IMG/VR virus record: IMGVR_UViG_3300028883_000047 | Span: 1-11,680 of that record | Source of the DNA: a virus | Taxonomy: Duplodnaviria > Heunggongvirae > Uroviricota > Caudoviricetes | Reading direction: 5' to 3' (one strand) | Length of the DNA: 11,680 nucleotides | Shown: in pieces, positions 10,803 through 11,680 of the stretch | Numbering within the stretch: position 1 is the stretch's first letter | Layout: every line of letters begins with the position of its first letter | Position numbers and translations under genes: made by a program | Notes under the pieces: model-generated | What the model saw: the letters and a program-made list of their open reading frames with translations, nothing else | Told to the model about the DNA's origin: nothing | Databases searched by the model: none

Positions 10803-10942
10803 AACAAGACACAATTTTTTCCGACAGGCGCCTTTACCAGACTTGGCCATACCCCCAAAGGATGATTGGTGGGGGCAGCGGGATTCGAACCACGCGAATA
10901 CCTGTTTTACCAAAGGAGTTGAGTTGCTGGTTGTGTCTTTAA
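10803..10942 (-). ncRNA. CAGCAA-scaffold element E enclosing a circularly permuted tRNA with encoded CCA
   Basis: Order on the minus strand: AAGACACAA..CCAGCAA, ACAGG, TATTC, T arm, TGCCCCC-A-CCA, 10-nt linker, GGGGGTA, D arm GCC..GGC, CCTGT, TTGTGTCTT. Confidence 0.82.
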
Positions 10943-10944
10943 AC

Positions 10945-11023
10945 TGGTTGTGAGTTGTGGTAACGATCCACGGGGGTAGCTACTCCTAACGGCTCATGAC
11001 GCCGTCCCTTCCTTATACTCACA
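10945..11023 (-). ncRNA. D-armless tRNA-like RNA with CAT anticodon
   Basis: Perfect acceptor TGTGAGT/ACTCACA, A73 and CCA. ACGGC-GTCATGA-GCCGT arm, 11-nt unpaired D-replacement loop, long variable arm, aberrant T loop ATCGTTA. Confidence 0.65.
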
Positions 11024-11029
11024 TTAATT

Positions 11030-11107
11030 TGGTGTTCCGTACGGGATTCGAACCCGTGTTTGAAGATTGAAAGTCTTCTGTCCTAGACCTGACTAGACGA
11101 ACGGAAC
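11030..11107 (-). tRNA. tRNA-Glu(TTC)
   Basis: GTTCCGT/ACGGAAC acceptor, GAAGA-CTTTCAA-TCTTC, A73 and CCA. Confidence 0.93.
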
Positions 11108-11112
11108 AAAAT

Positions 11113-11190
11113 TGGCGTCATCGACGAGATTCGAACTCGCATCTACAAGATTGAAAGTCTTGTGTTCTAGGCCAATTAAACTACGATGAC
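11113..11190 (-). tRNA. tRNA-Glu(TTC), second copy with a divergent body
   Basis: GTCATCG/CGATGAC acceptor, CAAGA-CTTTCAA-TCTTG, G73 and CCA. Confidence 0.9.
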
Positions 11191-11195
11191 AAATT

Positions 11196-11279
11196 TGGTG
11201 GGTGCAGATGGAGTCGAACCACCACGGTCTGAGACGTCTGGTTTACAGCCAGGTGAGCCCGCCAATGCTCAGTACACCC
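11196..11279 (-). tRNA. tRNA-Tyr(GTA)
   Basis: GGGTGTA/TGCACCC acceptor, loop CTGTAAA, long variable arm, A73 and CCA. C at position 8. Confidence 0.9.
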
Positions 11280-11285
11280 AAAATT

Positions 11286-11370
11286 TGGTGGATGAGGTAG
11301 GAATCGAACCTACACGCCCTAAGGGAACTGGGTTACAGCCAGTCGAGCCCACCACCTGCTCAACTCATCC
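11286..11370 (-). tRNA. tRNA-Tyr(GTA), second copy
   Basis: GGATGAG/CTCATCC acceptor, ACTGG-CTGTAAC-CCAGT, long variable arm, A73 and CCA. Confidence 0.9.
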
Positions 11371-11468
11371 AAGTACGGCTGTTACTACGCTTTGTGGCCA
11401 CGCCACGTACCAACAGCACTAACCGACTCACCTACACTCAGAGTGGCCACTCCTTCTTAGCGAGCCTC

Positions 11469-11540
11469 GCACAACGACAGGATTCGAACCTGCGTCCCCG
11501 GCTGTGCGCCGGTATCCTATCCAGACTAGACGACGTCATA
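11469..11540 (-). pseudogene. tRNA-like sequence with a Glu/Asp-type body, degenerate anticodon loop and no CCA
   Basis: TATGACG/CGTTGTG acceptor, D arm GTCT..GGAT, CCGGC-GCACA-GCCGG (no U33), canonical T arm GCAGG-TTCGAAT-CCTGT. Confidence 0.65.
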
Positions 11541-11545
11541 CTATT

Positions 11546-11619
11546 TGGCTACCCCTCCTGGATTTGAACCAGGGACGACTGAGTCAGAGTCAGTAATGTT
11601 ACCGCTACACCAAGGGGCA
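11546..11619 (-). tRNA. tRNA-Gln(CTG)
   Basis: U1-A72 acceptor TGCCCCT/AGGGGTA, ACTGA-CTCTGAC-TCAGT, G73 and CCA. Confidence 0.93.
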
Positions 11620-11625
11620 ATAATT

Positions 11626-11680
11626 TGGTACCACTCCTCGGATTCGAACCGAGACTCACTGCGTTCTGAGCACAGCCGCT
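11626..11680 (-). tRNA. tRNA-Leu(CAG), short variable loop (5' part outside the window)
   Basis: CTGTG-CTCAGAA-CGCAG, variable loop TGAGT, T arm CTCGG-TTCGAAT-CCGAG, A73 and CCA. Confidence 0.82.

Noticed and set aside
1136-11422. Other short ORF-track entries (e.g. 1136-1369, 1326-1616, 2098-2310, 2180-2491, 2952-3359, 3110-3337, 3555-3806, 4302-4547, 4909-5109, 4925-5185, 5204-5458, 5981-6175, 6502-6708, 6988-7200, 7201-7449, 7780-7962, 7872-8057, 9138-9425, 9641-10030, 10061-10267, 11186-11422)
   Set aside because: They are shadow or alternative frames overlapping better-supported CDSs or RNA genes, with no SD or recognisable motifs.
377-11680. Recurrent GGATTCGAACC-like motif suggesting a CRISPR or repeat array
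   Set aside because: These are reverse-complement T arms of separate tRNAs. Spacing is irregular and there is no constant repeat.
1-11680. Stop-codon reassignment
   Set aside because: No CTA, TTA or TCA suppressor tRNA is present. TAA, TAG and TGA all end plausible CDSs, and long genes are intact in code 11.

Overview
Segment of a large tailed-phage genome, probably a T4-like jumbo myophage (inferred from TATAAATA/CTAAATA late-type promoters, sigma70 promoters and a tail-sheath-domain gene). It is a dense minus-strand tRNA cluster: 25 recognisable tRNAs (one cut off by the window end) with small accessory CDSs between them. The CDSs include a 2H phosphoesterase, a T7 gp0.7-like kinase, an AAA+ ATPase, DUF2202, a cupin/2OG-Fe(II)-type oxygenase, a stand-alone sheath C-terminal domain, a PD-(D/E)XK endonuclease and DUF4236. 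The most striking content is non-coding. (1) A ~191-nt minimal RNase P RNA (8137-8327) has an intact, co-varying catalytic domain but no S-domain or P18. (2) Five related elements share a closing helix plus a CAGCAA motif and carry tRNA-derived cargo; two of them hold complete circularly permuted tRNAs (3' half before 5' half). (3) There are many non-canonical tRNA-like RNAs: a 134-nt CCA-ending RNA, a 62-nt His-like mini-tRNA, a D-armless CAT RNA and an anticodon-loop-interrupted tRNA. (4) Four tRNA-Leu genes lack the long variable arm. All RNA structures were folded by hand and need confirmation with covariance models.
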